In this document: positions 62,940 to 64,000 of the stretch, one piece after another
Layout of the letters: each line of letters starts with the position of its first letter
Numbering within the stretch: the stretch's first letter is position 1
From: Candidatus Dojkabacteria bacterium
GTDB taxonomy: Bacteria; Patescibacteriota; Dojkabacteria; SC72
Reading direction: 5' to 3'
Length of the DNA: 64,000 nt
Assembly: GCA_012513575.1 (NCBI GenBank)
Contig: JAAZBX010000001.1
Location: 10,163-74,162 of the forward strand
Translations under genes and position numbers: made by a program
The notes under the pieces: generated by a model
Told to the model about the DNA's origin: nothing
What the model saw: the letters and a program-made list of their open reading frames with translations, nothing else
Database searches by the model: none

Positions 62940-64000
62940 TGAAACTTTACTCAACATTAGACAAAAAGATAGTAGAAATTCAACCAAACAAGGAGGGTGA
63001 GATTTCTATGTATAACTGCGGTCCGACAGTATATTACAGAATGCATTTGGGTAATATCCGAGCATATGTAAACTGGGATATCCTTCATAGAGCTTTGCTC
63101 TATCTTGGCTATCAAGTTAAGAGGGTAATGAATATAACTGATGTTGGGCATATGACTTCAACAGATGACTTTGGAGATGATTTTGGGACAGATAAGATGG
63201 ACAAACAGGCAGAAAAAGAAGGGATTCAGCCAATTGATATAGCTAATAAATATATTGATACGGTTTTGGATGATTTTAGGGCATTGGATATAATTGCCCC
63301 AAATGGGAAAGAGATTCCAAATGATTTAACTCATGAGAAGGTCTCTGAATTTGGTTGGACTAGAGCTACAGAGTATATTAATCAAATGATTGAGGTTGTA
63401 AAAAGGATGGAGGAAAGGGGCTTTACGTACGAGACAAAGCAAGCCATTTATTTTGATGTGACAAAAATCCCAGATTACAATATTTTTACCGGTCAAAAAT
63501 TAGACGAAAAAAAGGTTGGAGCAAGAGAAGATGTTGGTATTGATCCCGAAAAAAGAAATCCCGCTGATTTTGTTTTGTGGATGAAAAAAGTAGGAAAGTA
63601 TGATAACCATTTGATGAACTGGCCGTCTCCTTGGGGGGAGGGCTTTCCTGGTTGGCATATAGAATGTTCGGCAATGGGAACTTCCATTCTTGGAGAGCGA
63701 TTTGATATCCACACTGGAGGTGTAGATCATATCCCTGTTCACCATTCAAATGAGAGAGCCCAGAATATTGGAGCCTTTGGCCATCCTGTCGTTAAGTACT
63801 GGATACACAATGAGTGGTTGGTAAATAAGGAAGATGAAAAAATCTCAAAGAGTAAGGGTGCTGATTCGTTACCTGAAATTGTTAAGTTGGGGTATGATCC
63901 TTTGGATATTAGATATCTTTTCCTCTCGGTGAATTATCGAACAAAAATCAGTTTTTCTATGGAAGCTTTAGATGGTGCAAAAAATTCTAGAAAGGCACTC
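62939..64000 (+). CDS. cysS: cysteinyl-tRNA synthetase (5' part; continues beyond the window)
   Basis: The ATG overlaps the recR stop (TAATG). 'MYNCGPTVYYRMHLGNIRAY' (HIGH-type) and the class-I core. There is no stop before the window end, so the ORF is absent from the track. Confidence 0.85.
   Translation, partial: MKLYSTLDKKIVEIQPNKEGEISMYNCGPTVYYRMHLGNIRAYVNWDILHRALLYLGYQVKRVMNITDVGHMTSTDDFGDDFGTDKMDKQAEKEGIQPIDIANKYIDTVLDDFRALDIIAPNGKEIPNDLTHEKVSEFGWTRATEYINQMIEVVKRMEERGFTYETKQAIYFDVTKIPDYNIFTGQKLDEKKVGAREDVGIDPEKRNPADFVLWMKKVGKYDNHLMNWPSPWGEGFPGWHIECSAMGTSILGERFDIHTGGVDHIPVHHSNERAQNIGAFGHPVVKYWIHNEWLVNKEDEKISKSKGADSLPEIVKLGYDPLDIRYLFLSVNYRTKISFSMEALDGAKNSRKAL

Noticed and set aside
63486-63749. 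Three overlapping minus-strand ORFs near the window end
   Set aside because: They are antisense to the cysS coding frame, which has clear class-I synthetase motifs.
1-64000. CRISPR arrays, IS elements, integrases, prophage genes
   Set aside because: No regularly spaced direct repeats were found other than the intragenic protein-coding repeats noted. No transposase or integrase-like translation appears in any frame.

Overview
This is a low-GC (~35%) bacterial chromosome segment read with the standard code (no in-frame TGA breaks). Gene content and architecture (compact housekeeping genes, many tRNAs, surface proteins, competence genes) resemble a small-genome, CPR/Patescibacteria-like organism; that assignment is inference only. 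I found no CRISPR array, transposase or integrase.

Core content, in order:
- clpC (3' fragment), radA, rho, a LysM/M23 peptidase, leuS, a cyclophilin PPIase.
- comEA and comEC; comEC is split into two overlapping ORFs.
- argS, a small HD-domain (p)ppGpp-hydrolase-like gene, uvrA, trpS, two mreB paralogs, mreC, mreD, mrdA, dprA, topA, radC.
- rpsB, tsf, frr, rseP, rpsU, a GatB/YqeY-family gene, ybeY, pth, mfd, dnaX, ybaB, recR, cysS (5' part).
- A conserved minus-strand block: tRNA-Thr, tRNA-Tyr, tRNA-Thr, rpmG, tRNA-Trp, secE, nusG, rplK, rplA, rplJ, rplL. tuf is missing from its usual position and an SDR epimerase gene sits between rplA and rplJ.
- Ten tRNAs read by hand: Ala-CGC, Ala-GGC, Arg-GCG, Arg-UCG, Pro-CGG, Arg-CCU, Trp, Thr-GGU, Tyr, Thr-UGU.

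The most interesting region is 22.5-29.9 kb. A tight five-gene minus-strand operon encodes:
- a 7TM membrane protein;
- a RimK-like ATP-grasp ligase fused to a RimB-like retropepsin (DTG) domain;
- two cyanophycin-synthetase-like ligases (CphA N+G domains, and G domain only) that lack the Arg-adding Mur-ligase domain;
- a fourth ATP-grasp enzyme.

The neighbouring genes are, on the opposite strand directly upstream of the operon's far end, a DUF1704/'QEGLA'/MATCAP-like metallopeptidase and a small 3-TM protein. A MurG/MGDG-synthase-like glycosyltransferase is transcribed divergently from the operon's promoter side. I read this as a candidate protein/peptide C-terminal amino-acid ligation and trimming system.

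A second notable locus (53.1-56.2 kb) encodes two paralogous surface proteins. They share N-terminal anchors and a C-terminal 'PDTG-x-FD-x-SK + TM + basic tail' motif that looks like a sorting signal. One carries Listeria-Bacteroides-type repeats and the other tandem Cys-rich 'CGDG...CDPPG' repeats.
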